64,000 nt of DNA from Dictyostelium discoideum (lineage: Eukaryota): assembly GCA_000004695.1 (NCBI GenBank), contig CM000152.2:6112001-6176000 (forward strand), written 5' to 3'. Positions 12,057-25,309 of this stretch are shown here, in pieces. Under the pieces are notes generated by a model. It did not search any database, was not told the origin of the DNA, and was given only the letters and a program-made list of their open reading frames with translations. The position numbers were made by a program, and so were the translations under genes. Positions within the stretch are counted from its first letter, which is position 1, and each line of letters begins with the position of its first letter.

Positions 12057-12804
12057 TTAAAATGTTGATCTTGCCATATTTTTATAACCAATACCTAAAC
12101 AAGTGAATAAAACAGTTTTTGAATTTTGATCAGGTTCAATTTTAAAGGTAACACCAAAGAAATCACGTAATTGACGAATGAATTCAATTGTGTATGGAGT
12201 GATTTTACCTAATCTAACTTTTGAAATATCTTCTGGACATAAAACCATGAATAGTAATGCTAAACTTTGATTATGACTATCGATACAACCACCATTGAAA
12301 ATCTCTTCTAAAAGTGCAAATGCAGTTCTTTCACCTAAATCTTCAGGTGTTTCAGAGGTTGATTTTTGTTTTTGTAATTGTTGTTCAGTTGTGGCAATAC
12401 CAGTATTACTCATACATTCAGCTGATAAACAACAGCCAGTTGTAGTTTCAGCAACTAAAGTTAAACCGTAACCTGGTGATAAACCAGACTCGTTACCTTT
12501 ATAATGATCACTTGAAATGTAAACATCTGGTGTATACTCTAATAATAATCCCTTTGCTTTATCTAAAACTCTATTTGAAAATTGTGGTGAGATACGTGTT
12601 GCATAAGCAATACCACGTATTCTACGAATTTTACCTTCATCTATTAATTGAATTGCCTTTAAATGTGGTACAATTGGACATTTAAAATTAACTGATCCAC
12701 CACCATTTGGTGGTGCTCCACGTTTTATTATCTTTATTATTAACCCTTCTTCAATTCCAAATTTTCTAATAATTGGTAATGTTGTAGTTCTAATTGTATC
12801 AATC
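12057..12804 (-). CDS. rcl1: Rcl1, exon 2 (to stop)
   Basis: Acceptor aaaaag. The frame was traced codon by codon: 'ILIQLELQQLPIIRKFGIEEG...GGSVNFKCPIVPHLKAIQLIDEGKIRRIRGIAYATRISPQ...TAFALLEEIFNGGCIDSHNQSLALLFMVLCPEDISKVRLGKITPYTIEFIRQL...'. The two exons total 373 aa, the length I recall (unverified) for human RCL1. Confidence 0.75.
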
Positions 12805-12903
12805 TTTTTAAAAAATAATATTAAAATAATATTAATATTTACATATTTTATATTATTTTTATTTTTATTTATTTATTATTTTTTTATTTTTAAAAAAATA
12901 TAC

Positions 12904-13277
12904 ATTACTGTTAAATCTATATCATTATTTGTAATACCATTTAAAGTTATATCTAATGGTGCTTTTGCGAAAGGACCTAAACAAATTAAAGCTTCAACAA
13001 AATAACCAATACCTCTGACTGTACCACATTCATGAGTGATACCTTTACCACCGATGATAATACCTGGAATATATGTAATTTGTGTACCTGTTGAATTAAT
13101 CTCTATCTTTGATCCATTTGTAATCTTATCTACTAAACGTAAGAATGATGCTTCATAATCTCTTAAACCTGGTTTCTCATCTTCATCTCTTATATTTGTA
13201 ATTCTGATCGCTTTACCACTAAGTGTTGAACATATAATTCTTTGTCTAAAATGTGTTGATCCTTGAAATTTTAACAT
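12904..13277 (-). CDS. rcl1: RNA 3'-terminal phosphate cyclase-like protein Rcl1, exon 1
   Basis: 'MLKFQGSTHFRQRIICSTLSGKAIRITNIRDEDEKPGLRDYEASFLRLVDKITNGSKIEINSTGT...PLDITLNGITNNDIDLTV' is near-collinear with human RCL1. Donor GTATAT, phase 2. Confidence 0.75.
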
Positions 13278-13802
13278 TTTTTTTTCTTTTTTTTTTTTAA
13301 TATATATACATAAAAATAGTTGTAACTAAAAAAAAAAAAAAAAAATCAAAAAAAAAAAAAAAAAAAAAAAAAAACGAGCGACAATTTTTTTTTTTTTAAA
13401 ATTTATTTTTTATTTATTTATTTATTTTTTTTTTTTACGAAAAAAAAACTATTTAAAGAAGGAAAATTGTGGAAAAGATTTTAAATAAAATTTAATAATA
13501 ATTAAAAATTTTAATATATTTAATATTTAATATATTTATTTATATTTTTTATTTTTTTTTTTCTTCTTTTAATCCCTAAAAATAAAGTGGCAAAAGATTT
13601 AAGAAATTTTTACTAATAATACACCAATTCTTTTTACCATTTTTTTTATTTATATATTTTTAATGTTTTTTTTTTTTTTTTTTTCTTTGTATACAATTAT
13701 AATTTCGCAAATCCTATTATAATATTTTTGTTTTTGTTTTTGTTTTTGTTTTTGTTTTTGTTTTTGTTTTTGTTTTTTTTTTTTTTTTTTTCAAAAAATC
13801 TT

Positions 13803-13844
<42 letters not shown>

Positions 13845-13851
13845 ATCTTTT

Positions 13852-14597
13852 TTAACCATGAATATCGATAGTTACATCATCAGCACCAATCTTTTTCATT
13901 TCAATTGGATTATTATCAGTGGCACTACTATTTTTACTTGTACTTTCTTCAATACTACTTGCACCAAATGAACCAGAGTTATTTTCAGCAGATTTCATTG
14001 AAGAACCAGCATTTGAAGCACCTTGAGAACTTGCACCACCACTATTTGATTTTCTTCTCATTTGAGCAGCAACAGAAAGTGAAGATTTTTCATCAGTTGC
14101 CAATTCCAACATACGGAATTGGTAGAATGCTAAAATACCAGTTGCTAAAACGATTGGAATATGAACACCAAAATCAATGGCAACAGTATTATTCATTTTA
14201 AGTTCTGTATTTGTATGGAAAAATGGATGTGGATATTGAATAACGAATAGGAAAGTGATTGCAATTGATGAAAATATTGATACTTTTTTACCTGGACTTG
14301 GTGGTAAAAGTAAAATAGTTCTAAGTGCAATATAGGCAAATGTAAAACCCAATGCAAGAACTGCTGAATTTACAAGATGGAATGTAACAAAAAAGAATTT
14401 TTGATATGCAACATAAGTAGGTTCCAAAGGTTGATAATGGAATGCAACTGGTACTGCAATTGCAAAGAAAATAACACCAATCACTAATCCATGATAATTA
14501 AAGTTTTTATACCATTCTTGTTTTAATGGATCAACTTCTCTACCTTCTTTCATTTTTGATCTCATCATTGCAACTTCATACATTAATTTAATTAAAT
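13852..14597 (-). CDS. Multi-pass membrane protein, exon 4 (to stop)
   Basis: Acceptor ttttag. Several hydrophobic helices ('GLVIGVIFFAIAVPVAF', 'FVTFHLVNSAVLALGFTFAYIAL', 'SIFSSIAITFLFVIQYP', 'IPIVLATGILAFYQF'), then a Ser/Gly-rich acidic tail. The total is about 410 aa. Confidence 0.55.
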
Positions 14598-14681
14598 CTA
14601 AAAAATTATTAAAAAAAAAATTAAAAAAAAAATTAAAAATTAGTATATATATAATAATAATAATTAATTGATTAAAAAAGG

Positions 14682-14723
<42 letters not shown>

Positions 14724-14728
14724 TTTAC

Positions 14729-14903
14729 CATATTGGAAATAACCAAGTACTACAGAACAAAAAGTAATTGTCCAATGAAAAGTTGTCTCCATTGTAATAT
14801 AATCTCTAAGTGGATCATGACCAGTTGTTAAAATAAGGAAATGAGTTGTTGAATGTGGCCACCATTCCATACAAAAAAAACTAATTGTGCACCAGCACCA
14901 TAT
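14729..14903 (-). CDS. Multi-pass membrane protein, exon 3
   Basis: Acceptor aaattag. Encodes 'IWCWCTISFFCMEWWPHSTTHFLILTTGHDPLRDYITMETTFHWTITFCSVVLGYFQY'. Donor gtaaag, phase 1. Confidence 0.5.
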
Positions 14904-15001
14904 CTAATTTTTAATTATTATTATTATTGTCATAACAATTAATATCCAAAAATAAAAATAAAATAAAAATAAAAAAAAAAAAAATAAAAAAAAATACATA
15001 C

Positions 15002-15213
15002 CATTCTTTTTCTTAACATTGAATTTTTAATTTTAAATACACGGAATCCAACTGCAACAAAAAATGCTAAACCAACACCAAATAAACAAGTTTCAAAAAT
15101 ACTCAATATAATTAATGCTGCATTTTGACCTCTATTACGAACCATTTGCATCATACCTTGTTGTGTAAAAATTTGATCACTTTCATTTCTATAACTTTCT
15201 ACATATGTTCTAT
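15002..15213 (-). CDS. Multi-pass membrane protein, exon 2
   Basis: Acceptor ttaatag. Encodes '...RNRGQNAALIILSIFETCLFGVGLAFFVAVGFRVF...'. Donor gtatgt, phase 0. Confidence 0.5.
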
Positions 15214-15281
15214 CTATTAAATTTTTATTAATTTATTAATTTTTTATTTTTTTTTTATTTTTATTATTTTTATATTTTGAT

Positions 15282-15326
<45 letters not shown>

Positions 15327-15332
15327 ACTTAC

Positions 15333-15432
15333 CTACAGAGAGTGCGATTGCCCAACCCACAAGAGTTAACAGAGCAATTTGAACTCTTAAATTCTTTAAC
15401 CAATCAAATTTGGAATCAAATTGTAATCCCAT
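15333..15432 (-). CDS. Multi-pass membrane protein of unknown family, exon 1
   Basis: 'MGLQFDSKFDWLKNLRVQIALLTLVGWAIALSV'. Donor gtaagt, phase 1. Confidence 0.5.
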
Positions 15433-16254
15433 TTTTTATTTTATTTTATTTTTATTTTTATTTTTATTTTTATTTTTATTTTTATTTTACTATTTATTTT
15501 TAGAATGCACACAGTATATTTCTGTGAAAAATAAAATTATAAAACTGAAAAAATATTGGTGTTTTTGTATTGGAAAATAAGAGAATGTTCTAAAAAAAAA
15601 AAAATAAAAAAATAAAAAAATAAAAAAATGGTATAAAAGAATTTTAAAAAAATAAAAAAAAAAAAAAAAAAACAAACAAGATATTTTTGAATATCTTTTG
15701 TGGAATAAAAAAGCAAAAAAAATATGTTGTGTTTTTTTTCCCAAATGAATTGTTTAATGCCAACTTTTTTTTTTTTTTTAAAAAAATAATATAAAAAATA
15801 TAGAAAATAAAAAAAAAATTCGAAAAACTGGATATTTTTTAAAAAAATTAATTTTATTTTAAATTAATAATAACTGAAAATATGAGGACCCATTTTTTTA
15901 TTTTTTTTTTTTATTTTTTTTTCCGATTCCAGATGATTTTTTTTTCAGACCTTAGTGATTGCTAAAAAATAAAAACTACCCCAACCTTACACCATAATAT
16001 TTATTATTTATTTTTATATTTTTTTTTTTTTTGTTTAAAAATAAACTGGTAATTTAAATTGTTGAGGATTAAGAGAATGGATTATTATTGTTTATTGTTT
16101 CGTTTTTCGAAAAAAAAAAAAAAAAAAAAAAAACAATTACTTTTTTTTTTTTTTTTTTCAAATAAAAATGAATGGAAAATCCTAAAAATAGTTACTCTAT
16201 TTCAGTATTAGAGTGATGAAAATAAAATACCACCAACTTTTGGAAAATTATGAT

Positions 16255-16282
16255 CCATTATATAAAAGTTAATCAAATCAAA

Positions 16283-16338
<56 letters not shown>
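16255..16338. repeat. (AAAT)n / (AAATAAAT)n simple repeat
   Basis: About 20 tandem aaat units. Confidence 0.9.
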
Positions 16339-16345
<7 letters not shown>

Positions 16346-16419
16346 ATATATTTCTTTTTTATAGCTATTATTAATTAAATAGTAGTACGAATGTATTTTG
16401 TTTATTTAAAAATTTTATT

Positions 16420-16559
16420 TCATTTATTTAATTTTAATAAATTTAAAAGGTATTGTTTTTTGTCATCATTTGAATAAAATTTTGAAATACTTTCTTCTTT
16501 TTTATTTAAAAGATCTTTAATTTCGTTCCTAATACTATCGCTATTAGAATTTGGTAAAT
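16420..16559 (-). CDS. Hypothetical poly-Gln protein, exon 4 (to stop)
   Basis: Acceptor ctaattag. Encodes 'NLPNSNSDSIRNEIKDLLNKKEESISKFYSNDDKKQYLLNLLKLNK*'. Confidence 0.45.
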
Positions 16560-16616
16560 CTAATTAGAGAAAAAAATAAAAAATAATAAAAAAAAATAAA
16601 AAAAGAGTTGTTAGAA

Positions 16617-16617
16617 A

Positions 16618-16654
<37 letters not shown>

Positions 16655-16656
16655 GC

Positions 16657-16722
<66 letters not shown>
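16617..16722. repeat. (ATT)n microsatellite inside intron 3 of the poly-Gln protein gene
   Basis: About 35 att units. They fall entirely between the gtaagt donor at 16739 and the acceptor at 16560. Confidence 0.85.
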
Positions 16723-16739
16723 AATAAATAAAAACTTAC

Positions 16740-17175
16740 TTGATAAAATATTTAAAGTTGAAGTTTTACCATTTAAATCATTTAAAATATTTGATAAAGA
16801 TAAAGATGAATCTAACATTGATCTTATATTTTGTTCAGTTTGTTCAGGCATTGAATTTAAATTTGGATATAAAGAAATGTAAAGTTTTGCCAATTGATTT
16901 AAAATGTTACAAGTCAATTGAGCATGACCAATTTGATTATTTGAAAGGTTTAAACATTCTCTTAATTTATTTTTTGCCAATTCTGGTGAATTATATAAAA
17001 GTAATACACCTTCCAATAGTAATGTTGTACATCTCAATATTAATTGTGGATGATTTGAAAGTGGTGAAAGATAATCATTTACCAATACTGTTGCTCTATC
17101 AATTTGTCCACTATAAATATTTAAAAATATTAATCTTGTTATACATTGAATTTGTGTATCAAATCTAGTACATTT
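16740..17175 (-). CDS. Hypothetical poly-Gln protein, exon 3
   Basis: Acceptor ttaaag. Encodes 'KCTRFDTQIQCITRLIFLNIYSGQIDRATVLVNDYLSPLSNHPQLILRC...'. Donor gtaagt, phase 1. Confidence 0.5.
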
Positions 17176-17242
17176 CTTTAATTTAAAAAGAATAAAGTAA
17201 GTATTACTTAAAAAAAAAATAATATTAATTATATATATTTAC

Positions 17243-17721
17243 ATTAATTGCAAAATTTAAATGATTTTTTGAATTTTGAAAATCACCAATTGATTGTAAG
17301 AAAATACTAGACATATAATGAATTGTTGATTCAGCACCATCAGTGAATAGTGTAGGATAAGTTTGAAAGATATCAACACAATTTTTAATTTGTTGAAAAG
17401 ATTGATCCAATTCCATAGAGGTAATTTTAATATAAAAAATATTTTCATAAACCAAGAATTTCAAACGTACCAATGCTCTAGATTCTTTCATTTGTTGTGG
17501 TGTTGTATTTGCTTCAGATGAATTGTATATGAAATTTAATTGACTATCAATTAATTGTTGTGATTTCTCTAAACAATAAATCGCCCTTTCTTGTTCACCC
17601 AATGCTCTACTATGAATTGCACAAATTACATAACATACACATGATAAATATTGTGGTCCACATGTAAGATGAAATATTGGTATTGCTAAAATATCTTTTG
17701 GTTGTGGTAATTGTTGTGGTA

Positions 17722-17810
<89 letters not shown>

Positions 17811-18491
17811 GATTGTACAGTTGTCTTTGGTAAAGGTGAATTAATTGTATTTATATTTATATTTGTATTTATATAACCATCATTAAATAATTGTAAATAA
17901 TTAAATAATTCTTGTAAATCAATTTGAAGATTTTGAATTTGTTGATCAATTGATTTAAATGAACCAATTCTAATTTGATAGATAATGTAAACTAAATTAT
18001 TATAAACTTTTAATTGTTTAAATGATAGAATCGAATCTCTGATTTTAATAGGAGTTGAACGTGATTGTTGAATTATGGAATTTGTAGATTTAAAACCATC
18101 CATTAAATAATGAAAAAACTCTGGTATCTTATTAGCATCACTATTGAATTCTGAAACTTGTAAATTCATTTCATTCAATAATTTAAAACAATACTCTAAC
18201 ATTTCATTCAATGTACTATAATCAAAATGCATTATACTATAATGACATTTTATAGTTGTTAATAATACTAATAAAAATGGATTAGAATTTAATTTTTCAT
18301 TTACAATTTGTATTGATTGATCTAAAGATTGATGTGATAATTTTAATTGATTATTATTATTATTTGTATTATTATTATTATTTGTATTACTATTATTATT
18401 ATTATTAATAGTAGTGGTAGTAGTATTTGATTTTAAAACTATATATGATTCTTTAATTAAAAAATATAACATCCATTCATTACTATTTAAT
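17243..18491 (-). CDS. Hypothetical poly-Gln protein, exon 2
   Basis: Acceptor tatatag. The exon contains a run of ~37 Gln, encoded by (CAA)n at 17700-17810 on the minus strand. Donor gtaaat, phase 0. Confidence 0.5.
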
Positions 18492-18578
18492 CTATATATA
18501 TATATATTTAAAATTATTAATAATTGAAATTATGTATATATATAAATAATAATTATTATTATTATATATAATACATAC

Positions 18579-19159
18579 AATTTTGCATATCTTTTTGATT
18601 TTTTAATTTCTTGTTTTACTAAATTTGTAGCACCACCATTATAAAAGATTTCAATTAAAAAGAAAGATATTTTACATAACAATTCTAAAGAATTGGTTGA
18701 TTGTTGATCGGCAGATAATAATAATGCAGATTTTTCAAGATTGTATCTGGCATCATTAAAATTATGAGTATATTGAAATAATAATTCTGCTATTTTAATT
18801 CTTGTTATGGCTTCTTCTAATGAGGTTAATCTAAACTTTATAATTTCTTTACTATATTTTCTATTAAATCTATTTTTAACTTTTTGATTTATTTCTTCTT
18901 GATTCTTTACACTATTATGTAATATTTGGTAATCAATATCACCTCCATTACCATTACCATTATTATTACTAATTCCAAAACTATCATTTTCACTATCTTC
19001 TCTAAATCTAATTAATGATTCTAAACATTTAATTGCATTTAAAATTTCACCACTTGATACTAACTGTTCTGATGTTACCCACATAAAATGAATTATAATT
19101 TTATTATTATCTTGTTCATTCATTGGTATTATATCTTCTCTATTATTCATTTTTACCAA
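18579..19159 (-). CDS. Hypothetical ~800-aa poly-Gln protein, exon 1
   Basis: 'MVKMNNREDIIPMNEQDNNKIIIHFMWVTSEQLVSSGEILNAIKCLESLIRF...KQEIKKSKRYAK'. Donor gtatgt, phase 2. Confidence 0.5.
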
Positions 19160-19189
19160 TCACTGTTTATGTGTGAGAAATATAAAAAT

Positions 19190-19231
<42 letters not shown>

Positions 19232-19241
19232 AAAATCATTG

Positions 19242-19280
<39 letters not shown>

Positions 19281-19867
19281 AAATATTTCTTAGAAAAAAA
19301 AAAAGTTAAAATCAAGAAAATAATCTTGTAACTTAATAATTTTAAAAAAATAAAATTATGTTCTTATTTTATTTATTGATATAAACATTGACTCCCTAAA
19401 AAAAAAAAAAAAAAAAAAAAAAATTTTCACTCTCAAAAATTATTTAATTTTATTTAATAGATATCCAAGAATGTTAATTATGATAAAATCTATTTTTTTT
19501 TGTAAATACACTTTTTATTTTATCCATTTTTTTTAATAAATATTTTAATTTAATTGTCAATAAATCTTAAAATTAAAAAATAAATAATAATTTATGACTA
19601 ATCAAATTATTTTTTTTTTATTCCCGAATAACTAGATATTTTTTCTTCCACAATTGTGACTCAATTTTTCACAGAAAGGTGTCTTTTTTTCAAAGCAAAA
19701 CACACACCAAATTAATTATTTATTTTTTTATTTTTTTTATTTTTTTTTTATTTTTTTTATTTTCACTTTTTTAATTTTTTATTTTTTTATTTTCATTTTT
19801 TTTATTTTTTTTTTTTTTATTTTTCTATTTTAGTTGATAAATCATTTATAAATCCAATTAAAAAAAA

Positions 19868-19902
19868 ATGTTTAGAAAAATCTCAAACAAAATTGTTTTA
19901 AT
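19868..19902 (+). CDS. Short-chain dehydrogenase/reductase (SDR), exon 1
   Basis: 'MFRKISNKIVL'. Donor at|gtaaat. Confidence 0.5.
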
Positions 19903-19982
19903 GTAAATATTTTAAATTAAACAAATATTTAATGTTTGAAAATTATTATTATTAAATATTTATTTATTTATTTATATATTTA

Positions 19983-20050
19983 GTACTGGTGCATCATCAG
20001 GTATTGGTGAATCATGTGCAAAAATATTCCATCAAAATGGTAACCATATT
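19983..20050 (+). CDS. SDR, exon 2 (Rossmann TGASSGIG motif); carries an apparent +1 frameshift
   Basis: 'ITGASSGIGESCAKIFHQNG' runs into tta-acc-ata before the gtaagc donor at 20051. Removing one t from 'ggttaacc' (20039-20041) restores '...NGNHI', which is in phase with exon 3 ('ILCGRRVDRL'). Confidence 0.5.
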
Positions 20051-20161
20051 GTAAGCATATATATATATATATATAAATAATTATTCAATATTGTTAAATT
20101 TATAATAATAATTATATATTTATATTTTTTTTTTATTTTTTTTATTTTTTTTAATTTTTAG

Positions 20162-20842
20162 ATTTTATGTGGTAGAAGAGTTGATAGATTAAATAAATTA
20201 AGAGATCAATTAATTGCAAACAATTCAGGTGGTAAAGTTTTAGCATGTCAAGTTGATGTATCATCAATGGAATCAATTGATAAAATGATTAATGAATTAC
20301 CAGAAGATATGAAATCAATTGATATTTTAATTAATAATGCAGGATTATCGTTAGGTATGGATTCAGTTTCAGAGATTGATGCAAAAAATGATTTAGATTC
20401 TGTAATTGATACAAATGTTAAAGGTGTATTCCGTGTAACTAGAAAGATATTACCAAATATGATTCAAAGAAACTCTGGTTACATTTTCAATGTTAGTAGT
20501 ATTGCAGGCTCAATGTTTTACCCAAATGGTAGTATTTACTGTGCCTCGAAAGCTGCTGTAAATGCATTCTCAGATGTACTTAGAAAAGAAGTTGTTAGTA
20601 CTAAAATTCGTGTAACTAATGTTTGTCCAGGTCTAGTGGAAACTGAATTTAGTCTTGTACGTTTCAATGGTGATGCTGATAAAGCAAAAAAACCATACAA
20701 TGGTATCGTAGCATTAACACCTGACGATATTGCTGATAACATCTATTATTGTGCCTCTAGACCTGACCATGTACAAATTACAACAATTGAAACAATGGCA
20801 AATAATCAAGCATCAACTAGAGATATTTATAGAGAACAATAA
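20162..20842 (+). CDS. SDR, exon 3 (to stop)
   Basis: Acceptor ttttag at 20156-20161. Encodes 'NNAG', 'NVSSIAG', 'YCASKAAV' (catalytic YxxxK) and 'PGLVETEF'. TAA at 20840. Confidence 0.75.
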   Translation: MLCGRRVDRLNKLRDQLIANNSGGKVLACQVDVSSMESIDKMINELPEDMKSIDILINNAGLSLGMDSVSEIDAKNDLDSVIDTNVKGVFRVTRKILPNMIQRNSGYIFNVSSIAGSMFYPNGSIYCASKAAVNAFSDVLRKEVVSTKIRVTNVCPGLVETEFSLVRFNGDADKAKKPYNGIVALTPDDIADNIYYCASRPDHVQITTIETMANNQASTRDIYREQ

Positions 20843-20902
20843 ATAAATAAATAAATAAAAAATTGGGTAATTTAAAAAATATTTTTATTTTTATTTTTAT
20901 TT

Positions 20903-22747
<1,845 letters not shown>

Positions 22748-23193
22748 TAGATAATTGTTATTATTATTATTATTACTAGTTATTATTATTATTATTATTA
22801 TTACTAGTATTATGTATTCAATTTTAATTTTTTGTTTTATTTTTTCTTTTTTTTTTTTTTTATTATGTTTTATTTTATTTTATTTTTTTTCATTTTTTTT
22901 TTTATTTTTTTTTTTTCATTATTTGAAAAAAAAAAAAAGGGGCAAGATTCAACATTTATTTATTTTCAAATAACAATTGGGATTGTTAAAAAAAATTAAA
23001 AAAAAAATTTAATTAAAATTAAAAAAAAAACAATTTTAAAAAAAATTTTTTGAGTGTTTATTTTTAAAGTGACTATTATACAATTAAATAATTTTTTTTT
23101 TTTTTTTTTTATCCTGATATATACGGTTGATTTATACAGGTTGGGTTTTGATATTTACGAATGATTTTGATGGTTTACTATTTACGAATTTTA

Positions 23194-23226
<33 letters not shown>

Positions 23227-23301
23227 CCTTCTTTTTTTTTTACTTTAATTTTTTTTTTTTTTTCCTTCTTTTTTTTTTTTTTTCCTTCTTTTTTTTTTTC
23301 A

Positions 23302-23754
23302 TTAACGAGAGAAACAACAGAATTGGTAAATATCACTTAATAAAGTTTCCAATTCTTCTTTAGAGAAATCACTTTTCTTTGAAAATGACTTGGCCCAAGA
23401 GAAACCTTTCATTCTTGAATCAATAATTGGTAAAATGATTTCGCCATCTTCATAAATGGTACAACAATAACGATCAGAACCGGTTGTAGTATTATTATTA
23501 TTATTATTATTAATTTTATTTATACTATTATTATTATTATTATAATTGATTGTATAATCTTTATGAGTTACAGTATAGGATTGTTGTGGAACAATTAAAT
23601 TCTCTGATGAGGTGGAAGCACTTGTTTGAGTTTTCCAGCAGGTAATTAGGAAATTCTCTAACTGAATTGGATAATAAAAACTATATTTTGAATTTCCAAA
23701 CTTTCTTGAACATTCTAATTCTAATGAACATACTAATTCTTGTTGTGGTACCAT
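23302..23754 (-). CDS. Hypothetical small protein, 150 aa
   Basis: Complete ORF 'MVPQQELVCSLELECSRKFGNSKYSFYY...EELETLLSDIYQFCCFSR*'. Its codon usage matches the neighbouring genes. Confidence 0.35.
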   Translation of the reverse strand: MVPQQELVCSLELECSRKFGNSKYSFYYPIQLENFLITCWKTQTSASTSSENLIVPQQSYTVTHKDYTINYNNNNNSINKINNNNNNNTTTGSDRYCCTIYEDGEIILPIIDSRMKGFSWAKSFSKKSDFSKEELETLLSDIYQFCCFSR

Positions 23755-23853
23755 TTTTAAATTTTATTTTATTTTATTTTATTTTTTGTTTAAATAATTA
23801 TTTTTTTTTTTATAATATATATAAATATATATTTAATTTAAAAAATGAAATTG

Positions 23854-23887
<34 letters not shown>

Positions 23888-24140
23888 TTTTATATTAATT
23901 TTTTATTTTATTTTATTTATTTTTTTTTAAAATTGAAAATAAAAATAAAATAAATTAATTATAATTTAATACAATAATAGAACAAAAAATGCTATTTATA
24001 GAGGAGAGAACCTTTATTAAAAAAAAAAAAAAAAAAAAAATTTCTTTTCTTTTTTTTTTTTTTTTTTTTTTTTTGTAAATTTGAAAAACTTGTGTTATTA
24101 TTATAGAGTGGCGAAAAAATGTGTAGTTTGTGATTAAAAC

Positions 24141-24173
<33 letters not shown>

Positions 24174-24268
24174 AATAATTAAAAAAAAAAAAAATAAAAA
24201 AAAAAAAAAAAAAAAATAAAATAAAATAAAAGGAGACCCACTGAAAATATCTTTGGGCAAGATGAATT

Positions 24269-24301
<33 letters not shown>

Positions 24302-24424
24302 GTTATTTTTGCATTTTTTGGTTGTGTATTATACAAAATGGTTTTGAAATTTGCACCAATCCCACACATATTATCATAACAATTACAATATGGTTGAGAA
24401 AAAAAAAAAAATATTAAAATATAT

Positions 24425-24455
<31 letters not shown>

Positions 24456-24463
24456 CTTAATTT

Positions 24464-24496
<33 letters not shown>

Positions 24497-24861
24497 CTTA
24501 GATTTCAAAATTTGCAAACTTATTATAATCATCATCATTATGATTATATAAAATTTTTTTTTTTTTTTTTTTCTTTTTTTCCCAAGATGGTAATTTTCAA
24601 AATTAGATGGCCTCTTAGATTTAATCTCTTTCAAAATTTAAATCATATTCAGTATTCAGTGAAAAAAAAAAAAAATAAAAAAAAATAAAAAAACAAAAAA
24701 ATGTTAATTTCATATGAAAAAAAAAAAAAATTGGTAAAATAAAACAAGATATTTGTTGATTGATTGGATTTTAGTGAAAATTTTTTTTTTTCCAGAAATC
24801 TTTTGATTTTTATTTTTATTTATTTTTTTTTATTTTTTTTTTTTTCCCAATTGCTTGCCTT

Positions 24862-24894
<33 letters not shown>

Positions 24895-25063
24895 TAAAAT
24901 CAAACCAATCATTGCGAAAAATTAAAAAAAATTATGCAAATTTGGTCAACCAAAAAACACGCAAACGGAGTTCGGCACGGCAAAAAAATTTAGTACCTTT
25001 CACAAGTTTATGATTTTTTTTTTTTTTTTCCCATTTTGGTGACTGATAATCATTTTTATTTTA

Positions 25064-25088
<25 letters not shown>

Positions 25089-25094
<6 letters not shown>

Positions 25095-25154
25095 ATTATA
25101 TAAAGGAACACAGGTCCTGATACTAATGGGGCAACGACAAACTGGGCACTGTTC
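25089..25154 (-). CDS. pex10: Pex10, exon 3 (end of RING; stop)
   Basis: Acceptor atacag. Encodes 'EQCPVCRCPISIRTCVPLYNY*' (human '[22 protein letters not shown]'). The three exons total 374 aa. Confidence 0.75.
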
Positions 25155-25237
25155 CTGTATTATTGAAAATAGATATTTTAGTCATATGATTTTTGATTTT
25201 TGATTTTTTTTTATTATCATAATTATTATTTTTTATG

Positions 25238-25287
<50 letters not shown>

Positions 25288-25309
25288 ACAAAAACACAAA
25301 AACACTTAC

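Noticed and set aside
12476-12685. Plus-strand ORFs antisense to rcl1 exon 2 (12476-12685), to the membrane protein (13905-14201), to the SDR (20536-20742, minus) and to family copy C (41049-41246)
   Set aside because: Each overlaps a well-supported CDS on the opposite strand.
12909-12911. GTAATG as the rcl1 exon 1 donor
   Set aside because: No in-phase acceptor exists and the frame hits a stop. The GTATAT donor 5 nt downstream restores collinearity with RCL1.
16564-17085. C-terminal poly-Ile tail of the minus-strand ORF, and the plus-strand ORF 16740-17168
   Set aside because: The poly-Ile is the intronic (ATT)n repeat read through after the true GTAAGT donor at 16739. The plus ORF is antisense of exon 3.
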